NCBI GenBank assembly: GCA_951406725.2
Contig: OX597824.1
Span: 67,208,001 to 67,272,000 of the forward strand
Length of the DNA: 64,000 nt
Direction: 5' to 3'
Origin: Octopus vulgaris
Taxonomy: Eukaryota
In this document: one piece after another, positions 14,601-64,000 of the stretch
Layout: the number at the start of each line of letters is the position of its first letter
Position numbering within the stretch: the stretch's first letter is position 1
The notes under the pieces: generated by a model
Seen by the model: the letters and a program-made list of their open reading frames with translations, nothing else
Told to the model about the DNA's origin: nothing
The model's database searches: none
Translations under genes and position numbers: made by a program

Positions 14601-17600
14601 AGAGTAGCAGTCTGAGAAGACAGTATTTCAATGGAAATGTTAACTTCTTCATTATTCATTCTCCAATTTAGGTGACTCCCTCCACCCATCCACCAAAATG
14701 AATTGTAAAATTTAACCTTCCTAATACAAAATATTAGGACCTTATCAACACTATCAAATCTGTATCCAACATTATCATCTCCATTACTCATAATATCTCT
14801 AAAACCTACTAATACTAACATTATCACTGTTGTATTCAACGTTATCATTATCACTCAGTAATATCACTAATACCAACATTACTACTGATTGAGCACTATC
14901 ACCACCATTATCTGTAATATTAATACAAGCATTACACTGTGTAACAAAATTTTTGTTCTTTTTTTTTTTGTCTTTGGTCAGTAAATATTATTTCCTATTT
15001 GCTTCTATCTAGGAATCAAAGAAAATGACTACTATTTGTTTCAAACTTTGCTTTTGTGACCTTTTGTGACATTTCAGACAGGTTCAGCACTGAGTTGCTG
15101 AAGCAGAAATATTGTTATAACATATTCTGCTCAATACTACAGATGTGTTTGCTTGTTAGTTGTTTGACCTTAACTACATGAACATGTCCCTTAGTGGCTG
15201 ACAGTATGTGGATCTCTGATCACGAGCAGGAGTAGTGGGGAAGCATGATAGCCATGTGTTGAAAGGGATTATTTAGGGTTTAAATAAATGTTACAAAAGC
15301 AGAGTTTGAAGGAAATATTAACCATTTTTCATACTTTCTATTTTAGGAGTAAGCAAATAGGAAATAACAGTTGCTACCCAAGGACAAAAATCATGTTACA
15401 CTGTGTTATCAGTACTGTATTTAACACTATCACTATCACCAACACCACCTCCTCCACTGCTCCCAACATTGCTAGCCATTGCCATTAAGGTTAATACTAC
15501 CATGTACATAGTAGTCATTCCATCTTCTAGAAATAGTAGCTACAGTTCCCTGAAAGCATACCCTGCTATCTTAAAAAAGCAAAAATGCTTTGGTTAATAT
15601 AATCTTAGATATAGGAATGGTAAAATGTGGAATATCTCTGATCAGGGCTGACCAAGTATTAATGATAATGACAATAAATTACTGTTCACAGCTTGTTAAC
15701 TGAAGAATGTCAAACTACCAGCTGAACAGCATTTTATGGCTGATACCTCTTGAACTGGAGTTGTGCTGCTTTCTGTTATCTTTTCATCAGGAAGGATGAT
15801 AGTGCTGGTGATCCTTTACAAGCTCTCTAAGACAGGTTGGAGGCAGGAAGGATAGAAAATATCCTGAAACTAGTAACTTAGCCCAATTGTTTGCAACAGA
15901 TTGAACTCTATTAAGGGCATCCAACATGGCAGATGGTGGTGGTGTTAAGTCATGCAATGGATGATGTCTATCCCCAGTGTAAGCTGTTGGTGTGATTTGA
16001 ACTGAGAATGCAAAGAGCTGGAACAAATACAGCGAAGAATCCTGTCTGACATTTTAGCAGTCCCACTAATCTACTGCCCTGGATTCGTAATTTTTCATTT
16101 TTTTTCATTCTCGAAAGACAAGCCTGCACTTTGAGCATAGAGAGTGGGAACAAATACTGCAAGTCATTTTATCCTATGCGCTATTGTCTCTCTTAAGTCA
16201 CTATCTACTGTGTCTATGGCAGAGAAACACTTCTTGATACTATCTAGCTGTTAATTTAAGTTCAAATCCTTCTATGAGCCAGGCCTTAGTTAACTATGTT
16301 GACCAGCTTTACTATAGGACCTGGGGCCTTGGTTCTGATAATGAGCTTTGTGTGATGCCTAATGTGCTATGTCCATCTCTTGTTGGTGGAATATATTTAT
16401 TTATTGCAAAGGTTTTCATGACACTAATTTAGGGTTGATTATACTTAAGATGCTCTACTTAAACAGCCAAACTCCTCTACATGTTAGTTTTATCTTAATT
16501 TAAAAGAGCAGAAGAAATTAAAATAAAGCAACTAAAAAAAAAAAAAAGGAAGAAAAATGTTCTTGATGTAAATTATTTTGATTTAATTCTGACTTCTAAC
16601 AGGAATTTGAACCCATATACAGAGCCCGTATGTCTCAGATGAATGGACAAAGATCAGCAGAAATAGGTAAATTTTAAGAATTCGCATTTTTAAAAATATA
16701 TTTGAAATTTCTATTTAAATTTCTATATCTCTTTGCCTATTAATTTGTACAAGAGCAGTAACCATTATTTGAGAGGTTAACAGTTAACTTTTATCTAGAA
16801 TTTTATCTTTACTTTCATTGTTTATCTTAACACAATTCTGTAGCATCATCATGATGATAACGTTCACTTTTCTATGATGCATGGGTCAGATGGAATTTGT
16901 TGAGGCAGATTTTTTTATGGCTGTATGCCCTTCCAATGACCACTCTGACTTGTTTCCAAGCAAGTTACATATATTCAGACATATTTTTCATGTAAGATTG
17001 GAAACAAACAACATAGCTTGTATGATAGTGATGCTCATTTACAATTATCATGTAATGTTAAAACATGGGTGATAAACACAAACACATACACTTTTATACT
17101 CCTTGCAGAGAAATGGGTTAAGGTAATTGAGGTAGTCAGAGTCTGTGATAGAATACTTGAGCTTAGACTAGTACTGCAACATGGATTAGCAACCATTATC
17201 TCGGCCTATGTCCCTCAGCCAGGGCTACCTGATTAAAAGAAAAACCGATTTTATGATACCCACTTGTAGACTGCCTCATTAACAACTGACAGGGAGCTTC
17301 TCTTTGTGGCTGGCAACTTCAGCAGGCTTGTTGGACAACGTCCAGGGAGCTCCCATGGTGTACTTGGTAGCAACGGATTTGGTTCCTGCAATGAAGAGAG
17401 AACCAGGCTACTGGAGTTCTGTAATGCAAATGATCTTATGATCTGTAATATTAACTCCAGGAAACCTACCAGTCACCTGTTCACCTACCAGTCTGGTGGG
17501 TACATTTGTCAGATTGACTACATTCTCGCCAGGAAATGAGAAAGACAGCTATTTATAAATGCCAAAATTTTCCCAGGTGAAGAATGCACTCTACGACATA

Positions 17601-20600
17601 GGTTAGTAGTTATCAACTTCAGGATCAGGGCTAAATGGCTGCCCAGAAGATGACCAGCATGGAAAAGAAGGGCCTGGAAGCTTAAAGATCCTGTGAATGG
17701 ACAGTAATTTAGAGATGTATAACTTGAAGCTTTTGACGCAAAAGAGGAGGATATAGCATCACATAATGTGGAGGACAACTGGAGGTTCCTATGAAACAAC
17801 CTGTTAAAGGCTACTGACCAGATCTGTAGCTGGTGCAAAGTTCCCTCTCGACCTGAGGTAACATGGTGGTGGAACAATGTAGTTGACCCCTGGGAGCTCC
17901 TCTATGCTGATGACCTTGATCTAATAGCTGAGTCACTACCAGAACTAGAGAAGAAGTTTCAAGTGTAGAAGCAGGGTCTAGAATCAAAGGGCCTTAGAGT
18001 AAACCTAGCAAAAACCAAAGTCTTAGTAAGTATGAAGGATCACCCCTATACTTGGCCTTTGTGGATTTGGAGAAAGCCTTTGACAGGGTCCCCTGATCCC
18101 TTATCTAGTGGGCGATGCAGAAACTAGGGATTGACAAATGGTTAATAAGGGCTGTACAGAGATGCTGTATGTAAAGTTAGTGTTGGCAATGAGTATAGTG
18201 AAGAATTCTGGATAGAAGTAGGGGTCCACCAAGGATCAGCTCTTGGCCCCCTCTTATTCATCATAGTCCTCCAGGCAGTAACAAAGGAATTCAAAACAGG
18301 TTGCCCCTGGAAACTCCTCTATGCTGATGACCTGGCTCTCATAGCAGAATCACTACCAGAACTAAAGAAATTTCAGGTGTGGAAGCAAGGTTTAGAATTG
18401 AAGGGTCTTAGAGTCAATGTCACTAAAACCAAAGTCCTAGTAAGTAGGAAGGCAGACAAGTCACAAATTTCTTGAGGTAGATGGCCCTGTTTGATCTACC
18501 TGATGTATACGGTGTAAGCTATGAGCACATAAGAGGTGCAGCCATATCCAAGGAAGGTTAACTGGAAAAATAGTTTTAGTCTGTGACAATAAACACCAAA
18601 GAAGTACAGAAAACAGATTCCATCACATACCAGAGGAACAAACAAGAAGTAGTTGATAGCTTCCGTTACCTAGGTGATCAAGTCAGTAGTGAGGGTGGAT
18701 GCTCTGAGAGTGTAACTGCTAGAATAAGAATAGTCTGGGCAAAGTTCAGAGAGCTCCTACTTCTGCTGGTAACAAAGGGCTTCTCACTCAGACTGAAAGG
18801 CATGTGTGTGAAAAGTCATGCTACACAGCAGTGAAACATGGGCTGTGACTGCTGAGGACATGCATAGGCTTGAAAGAAATGAAGCTGATATGCTCTGCTT
18901 GATGTGTAATGTCAGTGTGCATACAGAACAGAGTGTAAGCCTCCTGACAGAAAAGTTGGACATAAGAAGCATAAGATGTGGTGTACAAGAGAGATGACTG
19001 CGCTGGTGAGGACAGCTGAGTGAAGAAGTGTCACACCCTAACAGTGGAGGGAACCTGTAGAGGTAAACCCAGGGAGACATGGGATGAGGTGGTGAAGCAT
19101 GACCTTCAAACATTGGGCCTCATAGAGGCAATGACATGCGACCAAGACTTTTGGAGATATGTTGTGCTTGAGAAGATCCCGCAAACCAAGTGAAATTGTA
19201 GCTGTGGCTGATGCCATTGTTGCATAACTGGCGCATTTAAAGGCACTCTTCAAATGTTGGGCAATATGCCGTGCTTGTGAAGACCTGTTGAATCAAGTGA
19301 AATTGTAGTCATGGCCAATGCCAGTGCTGCCTGACTGGCATCCATGCTAGTGGCATGTAAAAAGTACCATTCAAGTGTGGCCAATGCCAGTGACGCCTGA
19401 CTGGTGCCTGTGCCAGTGGCATGTAAAAAGCACCATTTGAGTGTGGTCAATGCCAGTACTGCTTGATTGGCAAATAGAAAGCACCCACTAAACTCTTGGA
19501 ATGGTTGGTGTTAGGAAGGGCAGCCAGCTGTAGAAACCTTGCCAAATCAGATTGGAGCTTGGTGCATCCTTCTGGCTTGCCAATCCTTAGTCAAACCATT
19601 CAACCCATGCCAGCATGGAAAGTGGACATTAAATGATGACACGCACACACACGCGTGTGTTGTGGATGAATATGTGTGTTTCATAGATATGCATATGAGT
19701 ATGTATGTGTTTCCTTGTCTGAACATCGTGTGATAGTTGTAAATGAGTGTTATCTGATCTGTGTCATTCATTTCCAGTCTTCTCTAAGAACATGTCTGGC
19801 CATGGTGGAATATTGCCTTGCTTAGAAACAAGTGAGGGTTGGTGAGAGGAAGGGATTCTAGCCATAGAAAATTTGCCTCGTTAACTCTGTCTAACCCATG
19901 CAAAAGTAGAAAATTGGACATTAAAATGATAATGAATTTGAAATTTATAAAAATTAAAACAAAAAAGCATACCGTAAATCCTCAAGTATAATCCGCATAT
20001 TTTTCCCCAAAATTTAAAGGTCAAAATCCCTAGTGCGTACTATATATGAGGTTAAAAAGGAAAAATAGTTTCTAAGCAATGTCCGAGTCTCTATTTGCTG
20101 TCCAGCAATGTTTATTCAGACACATTTTGTGATGTCGGGTGCGAAATTACCTTAAGCTAAACCTGAAAGCTATGAAGTCATATAAGAATCATTCATAACT
20201 TGCAGTAAGCAACATTTATTAAACATTATTACTGTTATTTCTTTATTTTCTGCAAGCAAAATGCACAAAAAAGCTACATGTCTGCATTATGTTATATGTA
20301 CAATAATAATAAAGTACGTTACTGTATACATTTTTACAAACCAAGGACGTTATATAGACCTCCTTGACTCAAGTTAGAGAAGGGGTGCATATTATACACA
20401 AGGTTTAGGTTTTTCAGAGGTACAGCCCGCTAAAAATGCCCTGTGTATTATACTCAAGAGCAAACTATACTCGAGGATTTACGGTAATAAAAGTAAAGAA
20501 AATTATGTTTTGTTTTTAGTTTTGTCAGTTTTTTGATAATTTTAATCTGTGGTGTCTTTGTTGTTCTTCAGGTCCTTTAAAGAGAAAATATGAAGACTGA
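5087..20600 (+). CDS. STYX: Serine/threonine/tyrosine-interacting protein (STYX), catalytically inactive dual-specificity phosphatase; 10 coding exons, 188 aa
   Basis: join(5087..5113,8250..8282,9385..9438,10079..10176,11074..11134,12580..12656,13670..13720,14318..14390,16603..16666,20572..20600) = 567 nt; all introns GT-AG with consistent phase. Protein MNYEDDYFEDWSYSMRREMQEIVPGLFLGPYAAAMKNK...VHGNAGISRSAAMVIAFIME...RRFCINPNEGFVRQL...GPLKRKYED* matches human STYX motifs as recalled (WTYPMRREMQEILPGLFLGPY, VHGNAGISRS, RRFCINPN). Confidence 0.95.
5690..6035. repeat. Unclassified interspersed repeat, related to about 57560..57895
   Basis: Shared motif CAGAATCATAA-C-C-TA-TTT-C--ATATTTTGAAAAAAA and GGGGTGG-GGTAATT in both places. 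Confidence 0.5.
6743..7023 (-). mobile_element. 5'-truncated RTE 3' end / RTE-tail SINE with (ATG)n tail
   Basis: Reverse complement matches the 3' end of the RTE at 19450-19639 (GTTAGGAAGGGCATCCAGCTGTAGAAAC...CATGCTAGCATGGAAAGCAGACGTTAAATGATGATG). Confidence 0.75.
8250..8282 (+). CDS. STYX: STYX exon 2 (DWSYSMRREMQ)
   Basis: tttttag| acceptor, |gtattg donor; conserved peptide. Confidence 0.92.
8325..8522 (+). mobile_element. SINE-like element with a decayed minimal hammerhead fold and (AAATAATGT)n-type tail
   Basis: B-box-like GAGTTTGATTCC; AACAC-TTGATGA-A-GGCTGG..TCAGCC-AAAAC-ATT-GTGTT at 8424-8469; tandem tail AAATGTAAATAATGTAAATAA. Confidence 0.5.
8604..8834 (-). mobile_element. tRNA-derived SINE (Nin/Deu-like central domain), young copy with 18-bp TSD
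   Basis: Head GGCGGTGAGCTGGCAGAAACGTTAGC, B box GAGTTCAAATTC, core GCCTTTCATCCTTTCGGGGTCGAT; perfect TSD TTATTATATGTGTATAGC at 8586-8603 and 8835-8852. Related copies near 11270, 12000, 34570, 34830, 46785, 54100, 59720 and 60080. Confidence 0.9.
9385..9438 (+). CDS. STYX: STYX exon 3 (EIVPGLFLGPYAAAMKNK)
   Basis: acag| acceptor, |gtaagt donor. Confidence 0.95.
10079..10176 (+). CDS. STYX: STYX exon 4 (YETLKKHGITHIVCIRQDVEARFIRPNFLQHF)
   Basis: tctag| acceptor, |gtgagt donor, phase 0-2. Confidence 0.95.
11074..11134 (+). CDS. STYX: STYX exon 5 (YLLLNIADKPTENIIQHFKK)
   Basis: tgtag| acceptor, |gtatca donor, phase 2-0. Confidence 0.95.
12580..12656 (+). CDS. STYX: STYX exon 6 (VKDFLDDCFRQGGRALVHGNAGISR)
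   Basis: cacag| acceptor, |gtaaaa donor; contains HGNAGISR with Gly in place of the catalytic Cys. Confidence 0.95.
13211..13525 (+). mobile_element. Helentron-associated (HINE/DINE-1-like) non-autonomous fragment
   Basis: Motif GGTATTGT..TTTGTCTGTGTGTTTGCAAAATTACTGGAAAATGGCTGAACAGATTTTCTCCAAATTTGGCA resembles HINE 5' regions. Confidence 0.4.
13670..13720 (+). CDS. STYX: STYX exon 7 (SAAMVIAFIMERYSLSYR)
   Basis: accag| acceptor, |gtaagt donor, phase 2-2. Confidence 0.95.
14318..14390 (+). CDS. STYX: STYX exon 8 (QASSHVQLRRFCINPNEGFVRQLM)
   Basis: tacag| acceptor, |gtaagt donor; seen inside ORF 14193..14561. Confidence 0.95.
16603..16666 (+). CDS. STYX: STYX exon 9 (EFEPIYRARMSQMNGQRSAEI)
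   Basis: aacag| acceptor, |gtaaat donor; EFEPIY corresponds to vertebrate EYEAIY. Confidence 0.9.
17100..19639 (+). mobile_element. Degenerate RTE-clade LINE (APE endonuclease + RT), rearranged or composite
   Basis: EN motifs IISAYVPQPG, GNF, QIDYIL; RT motifs LAFVDLEKAFDRVP, GVHQGSALGPLLF, LLYADDL, FRYLG; many stops; tandem 3' UTR repeats 19190-19470; tail TAAATGATGA. Confidence 0.9.
19972..20484. mobile_element. Tc2/pogo-type MITE
   Basis: TIRs CCGTAAATCCTCAAGTATA / TATACTCGAGGATTTACGG with TA duplication at 19970-19971 and 20485-20486. Confidence 0.88.
20572..20600 (+). CDS. STYX: STYX terminal coding exon (GPLKRKYED*)
   Basis: ttcttcag| acceptor, phase 1; resembles human GSLKRTHEE; TGA at 20598-20600. 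Confidence 0.85.
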
Positions 20601-20719
20601 ATTATTGTCCAGCTGATTACTGTGACTAATGGTCTCACCTCAACGGGAATGATCCAGCTTGTTGCTTTTTTTAAAAAAATTTTTTTTTTTCTCTCCAATT
20701 TCTGGATGTTGTGATTTAG

Positions 20720-21335
20720 CAGCAAACAACAACTTTAACTGCCAAAAGACATTTGCTACAACAACAACAACTGCAACTATAAAAACCACAAACAACTACA
20801 ATAGCAAGTCTTATGAAGGACAATAATTAACAACAGCGATATCTACAACAACAACAACAAGAGCTCTTATAAAAAGAAGCAACAACAATAACTATGTAAA
20901 GAATAACCTTAAAAAATGCAGCAGCAACACCACAAGAAACAGCAGCAGCAGCAGCTGTGGCTGCAGCTGTATTGCTAAAAATGCAAATAAGTGACAACAA
21001 CAACAACAACATCAACAACAAATTTCTGTTGCTACAACTATGAATGCAGGGACAACCACATCATCACCAACATCACCACAACAACAACACATAATTCTAT
21101 AAGTACAAAACAAACAAGAAAAACATCATCAGCATCAACAACCAGCTGTTCTCAGGTGTCATCTTCTGATCCACCCCACACACATGTTGAACCGAATGCA
21201 ACAACTGTACTCAGGTGTTAATGCTACCCCTCTCCCCTTCACTGTATGCAATACTCAAAGCTTCAGCAATTGCACTCACTGCCACCCTCTCCCACCTCTT
21301 CCCTGCTCTCTCTCTCCCCCCTCACCCATACCCCT

Positions 21336-21380
<45 letters not shown>

Positions 21381-21900
21381 CAACTACATGAACAGTCATA
21401 ATGACAGCTACTACTACTACACCTGCCCTTCAGGTATTACATCTGAGATAATTACAGCAACAACAACAACACTAGCAGCAGCAACTGCCCTCAGGGTGTC
21501 ACACCCTCAACACTTCTGATACTCAATGGCAGCAATTACGATTCCCCGCCACCTCAACCCTGGGGTGTCACACTCTCTCCACATCTGAAACAACAACAAC
21601 AACACTAGCAGCAACAACTGCCATAGAGGTATCTTAATGCCACTACATACAACAGCCAAAACACCATCATCTGTCTTCAGGTGATTGATCACCTGCAACA
21701 TATACATGCACACACAAAACACCACTGTAACTACATATGCATATACATTAACCTTACCACAGATACTCTCACAGACATACATACACACTAACACCCTGTT
21801 CTACAGAGACATAACACACTCACATGCAGACCAACCTCACACACATAAGCTCTACTATTACTTCTGCTACACACACACACACACCAAAACCAAAAATGGC
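20720..21900. repeat. Degenerate (CAA)n/(CAG)n/(CA)n low-complexity tract, likely within or just after the STYX 3' UTR
   Basis: Direct sequence inspection. Confidence 0.75.
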
Positions 21901-22237
21901 TTCAACCTATTTTTCCATTGTTTATTAAACTATTTTTATATTTATTGCAGACAGATTGAGTTGTGTTATTTATTTATCTTTTATCTTGTTAGCTTTGATT
22001 TTCAGTGATGGATTTGTTCTCTGTCTATTCATCTACTTTCTGTCTTAGAATAGAATTACAGGTGTAGCTGTGTGCTTGATAAAGCTTGCTTTACAACCAT
22101 ATGGTCTCAGGTTCAGTCCCACTCTGGAACACTTTGGGCAAGTGTCCTCTATTATAGTCCTTGGTTAGCCAAAGCCTTGTAAGTAGATCTGGTAGACAGA
22201 AACTGGAGAAACTTGTGTGTGTGTGTGTATATGTGCA

Positions 22238-22293
<56 letters not shown>

Positions 22294-22439
22294 TGTGTGT
22301 GTGTGTGTGTGTGTGTATTCTACATTAAATTAAGAAACAGTGACGAGTGAAAATTCTGTAAATAATTATAAGCTTTAAGCTTATAAGCATTCACTGTGTA
22401 TTGGTTATAGAAAATAGTCTAATATTGGGGCATATAAGC

Positions 22440-22830
22440 TCTCAGCAGAAAAAAAGTGGGTATTAATACATTTGGGAATCAAACCCACACCTCTAAGAGG
22501 TATTAGAATGGCCAACAAGTGGAGAGATATTGTGGCAAGGTCTCTTTAGGAGTAAGGATAAGTTGAAGCAGTTACTAAAATCTCTACAACTTAACCTGAC
22601 ATTTTGGGAAAGTCATTGCTTAGATCGATCTGCATGGTGTGAAATGAGTCACGAAGCATCCAAACAATTTGAGTTGAAGAAAAAGAACAATAGAAGAACT
22701 ATATCCCACAGTCAACAGACACACTTGCCCAATCCCAGGCAAAACCAAAATCGTCACTGTCTTCATTGCGACTTCATAACAAAATCCATACCTGGACTGA
22801 AATTATATTCATGCATCCATTGCAAATAGA
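22440..22830 (+). mobile_element. Old RTE-type LINE 3' fragment
   Basis: ORF 22530..22829: KDKLKQLLK...WESHCLDRSAW...C-x2-C...IPGL..H, like the RTE C-terminus with a zinc-finger remnant. Confidence 0.55.
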
Positions 22831-23512
22831 TGTAGCTTCTTAGTCTTTTTTTCTCTCTCTTTCTATTACTCTCTTTAAGTCCTCTCCTTCAAACACTCAT
22901 ACATTGAAACTGATGGGCGCGACCTTAAGTATATATATATATATATATATATTAAAGAATAATAATTAGTATATCCAGCCTAAATTGGATTTAAACTGCT
23001 GTAAACAACCAGAGATACCCTCTTGTATTGATGACATGTGCTAATTAAGTATCGATTATATTGGTTGATGAAATGAAATGATCATTTGCACCAGTGGATG
23101 GCACTACTATATAAAATGATTTCACTGTTAGTTGTAGATCATCAGCAATAGCCAGCCTTGTACCGAATGCCAGAACAAAAATCAGTCAAACTGATAGCCA
23201 GTGGTGTTGTGAAAAGCTGGCAGGTTGTGAATAAATAAGCTATTAGCTGAGAACGAATCATGATTTATAACACTGTTACTATGGGAAATTATTGCTCTGC
23301 TTTATGAGTTTTTGCTTTACGAGCTGTCTCTGGGAACAAATTAACTCGTATATTGAGTCATAACTGTATATCATAACCAGTAATACTACTAAGTGTAGCA
23401 GTAACCAAAGAACTTTACTGGAAGCAGACTGGATGATGATAATCTACATAGAGCTCTAAACTCGCCAGTACCAGTTGTACATTTAACTGTATACACAAGA
23501 GAAATGTATATA

Positions 23513-23709
23513 TGAGAAGTTGCTGAAAAGTTCCTGGCTTTAAGGGCATTGCAAAAGGCTTGGCTGAGTTCTTTTACAGGGCTTAGAAAAACTGAAGGGA
23601 CCACTGCAATAAGTGTATCTGAGAAGGGAATATGTTGAATAAAGTCATAATTAACTGATCCTCCTATATTCTCTTTTGCCCAAAGCCAGAATCTTTTCAG
23701 CACCCCTTG
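23513..23709 (+). mobile_element. Mariner-derived MITE, copy 2
   Basis: TIRs TGCTGAAAAGTTCCTGGCTTT / AAAGCCAGAATCTTTTCAGCA; homologous to 3374..3589. Confidence 0.8.
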
Positions 23710-24462
23710 TATATATGTATGTGTATTTCTGTCTTGATATGTGATGGTTGTAAATGAACATGATCATCATACAAACAATGTTGTTCATTTCCAGGCCCTT
23801 TTGGAAAACAATATTTAGCCATGGGAAACATTTCCTTGCTAGGAAACAGGTGAGCATATGGTCATAGAAAAGCTACCTCAACAGATTCCATCTAACTCTT
23901 GCAAGCATGGTAAGATGGATGTTAAAATGATGGTGATGAATCTGATTATATGGCTGACTTTACTTTTCCAGTTACTCTATCTATTTGTCTGCCTGTCTAT
24001 GTGCTTATTTATGTATCTATCTATCTAAGCCAGTGGCTCTCAAAAGTGACTGTAGCACACTCTTGGGCTTTAACTTTAAATAAGTTTTATCTTTGCTTTA
24101 CAATAAAGATTAATATAGATGGTGTAAGGGGAAAACTTGCTGTGGTATTAGTAATTTTACAAGATCAAAAGTAGTTGAAAACTAAAATATTAAGTGTAAC
24201 TAGCCATATGGAAACTTTCACATACACAGATCACGTCTAATACATACAACAGAGCTATCTTGAAATAGAGGTGAAGTGAGAAAGACAGACAGCTAACTCT
24301 TTCTGTATGTCTCTATAGCTCTCATCAAAATGTGAGAGCTCCTTGATTCTGATAGACTGTAAAAATCTTCATACCTATATCAAAATCCTTTCACTCACAG
24401 AGTTGAAGTTGGGTCCAGTGAAAAGAAAACACGGATAAGAAATTATGTATTTATTATTATTA

Positions 24463-63481
<39,019 letters not shown>

Positions 63482-63719
63482 CTGTGAAGAGAATAAAATG
63501 GACGGAAGTTAGGTTGACATGACAAAGAACTTTTCTGTGTTACTGCGATCCTGAGAATGATAACATCCTGAGCTTTGCTCTGGATAGGACAAGCTGTAGC
63601 ATGAACCAAAGTGAGCCATGGAGTGAACCATGCCCATGAGTTGAGCCATGGCCATGGAGTGAGCCATGGTTGGTAAGATTTACACTTTCCATGCCAATAT
63701 ATCTGAAACTACCTGTTCG

Positions 63720-63824
63720 AATAAACACAACTGTCTTCACATGACACACTTCAAATTACTCCACTAAACACGATACTCCAATAAATACAAACTCACAATG
63801 ATCTCAACGACATCCTACGACTTC
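63720..63824 (-). mobile_element. Solo LTR fragment of the Gypsy family at 32227..33830
   Basis: TGTCTTCACATGACA-ACTTCAAATTACTC--CTAAACA-GATACTCCAATAAATACAAACTC is shared with both LTRs. Confidence 0.75.
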
Positions 63825-64000
63825 ACTTGCAAGTGATGGTTGTATACTAGCAATTATTTTTTTCTATAAATTCTGTTGTAAGACACAGTTCTGTCTGTGT
63901 GGCAAGAACTTTGTTTCTTAGCTATATGTTTCTGGATTTAGCATCAGTGTGTGCCACCAAATGTCTCCTACTATAGCCCCGTGTGTGTGTTTGTGTGTGT

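Noticed and set aside
19190-19470. Spaced direct repeats resembling a CRISPR array
   Set aside because: Degenerate tandem units in an RTE 3' UTR; eukaryotic context, no unique spacers, no cas genes.

Overview
AT-rich, microsatellite-dense eukaryotic genomic DNA. The repeat landscape suggests an octopus or other coleoid cephalopod (inference from repeat style, not verified). Two convergent intron-rich genes were reconstructed by hand from splice sites and reading-frame phase. (1) A complete 10-exon STYX pseudophosphatase on + (5087..20600, 188 aa, VHGNAGISRS motif). (2) An 18-exon, 5'-incomplete single-pass membrane protein on - (63481..24463, about 1034 aa in window) with an RVRR furin-type site, 24 tandem EGF-like repeats, a TM helix and a short tail; it is not Notch or Crumbs by domain content. 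Introns carry tRNA-derived SINEs, RTE, R4/Dong, Penelope, Gypsy, Tc1/mariner, hAT and Helitron remnants. The most striking non-coding feature is a 702-bp near-perfect palindrome (30707..31408) in a (TA)n tract. Each arm contains a type-I hammerhead ribozyme fold: the copy on the EGF gene's sense strand has an intact core, while the mirror copy has core mutations. A second, decayed minimal hammerhead lies in a SINE-like element in STYX intron 2. Most ORF-track entries are microsatellite or repeat artefacts.
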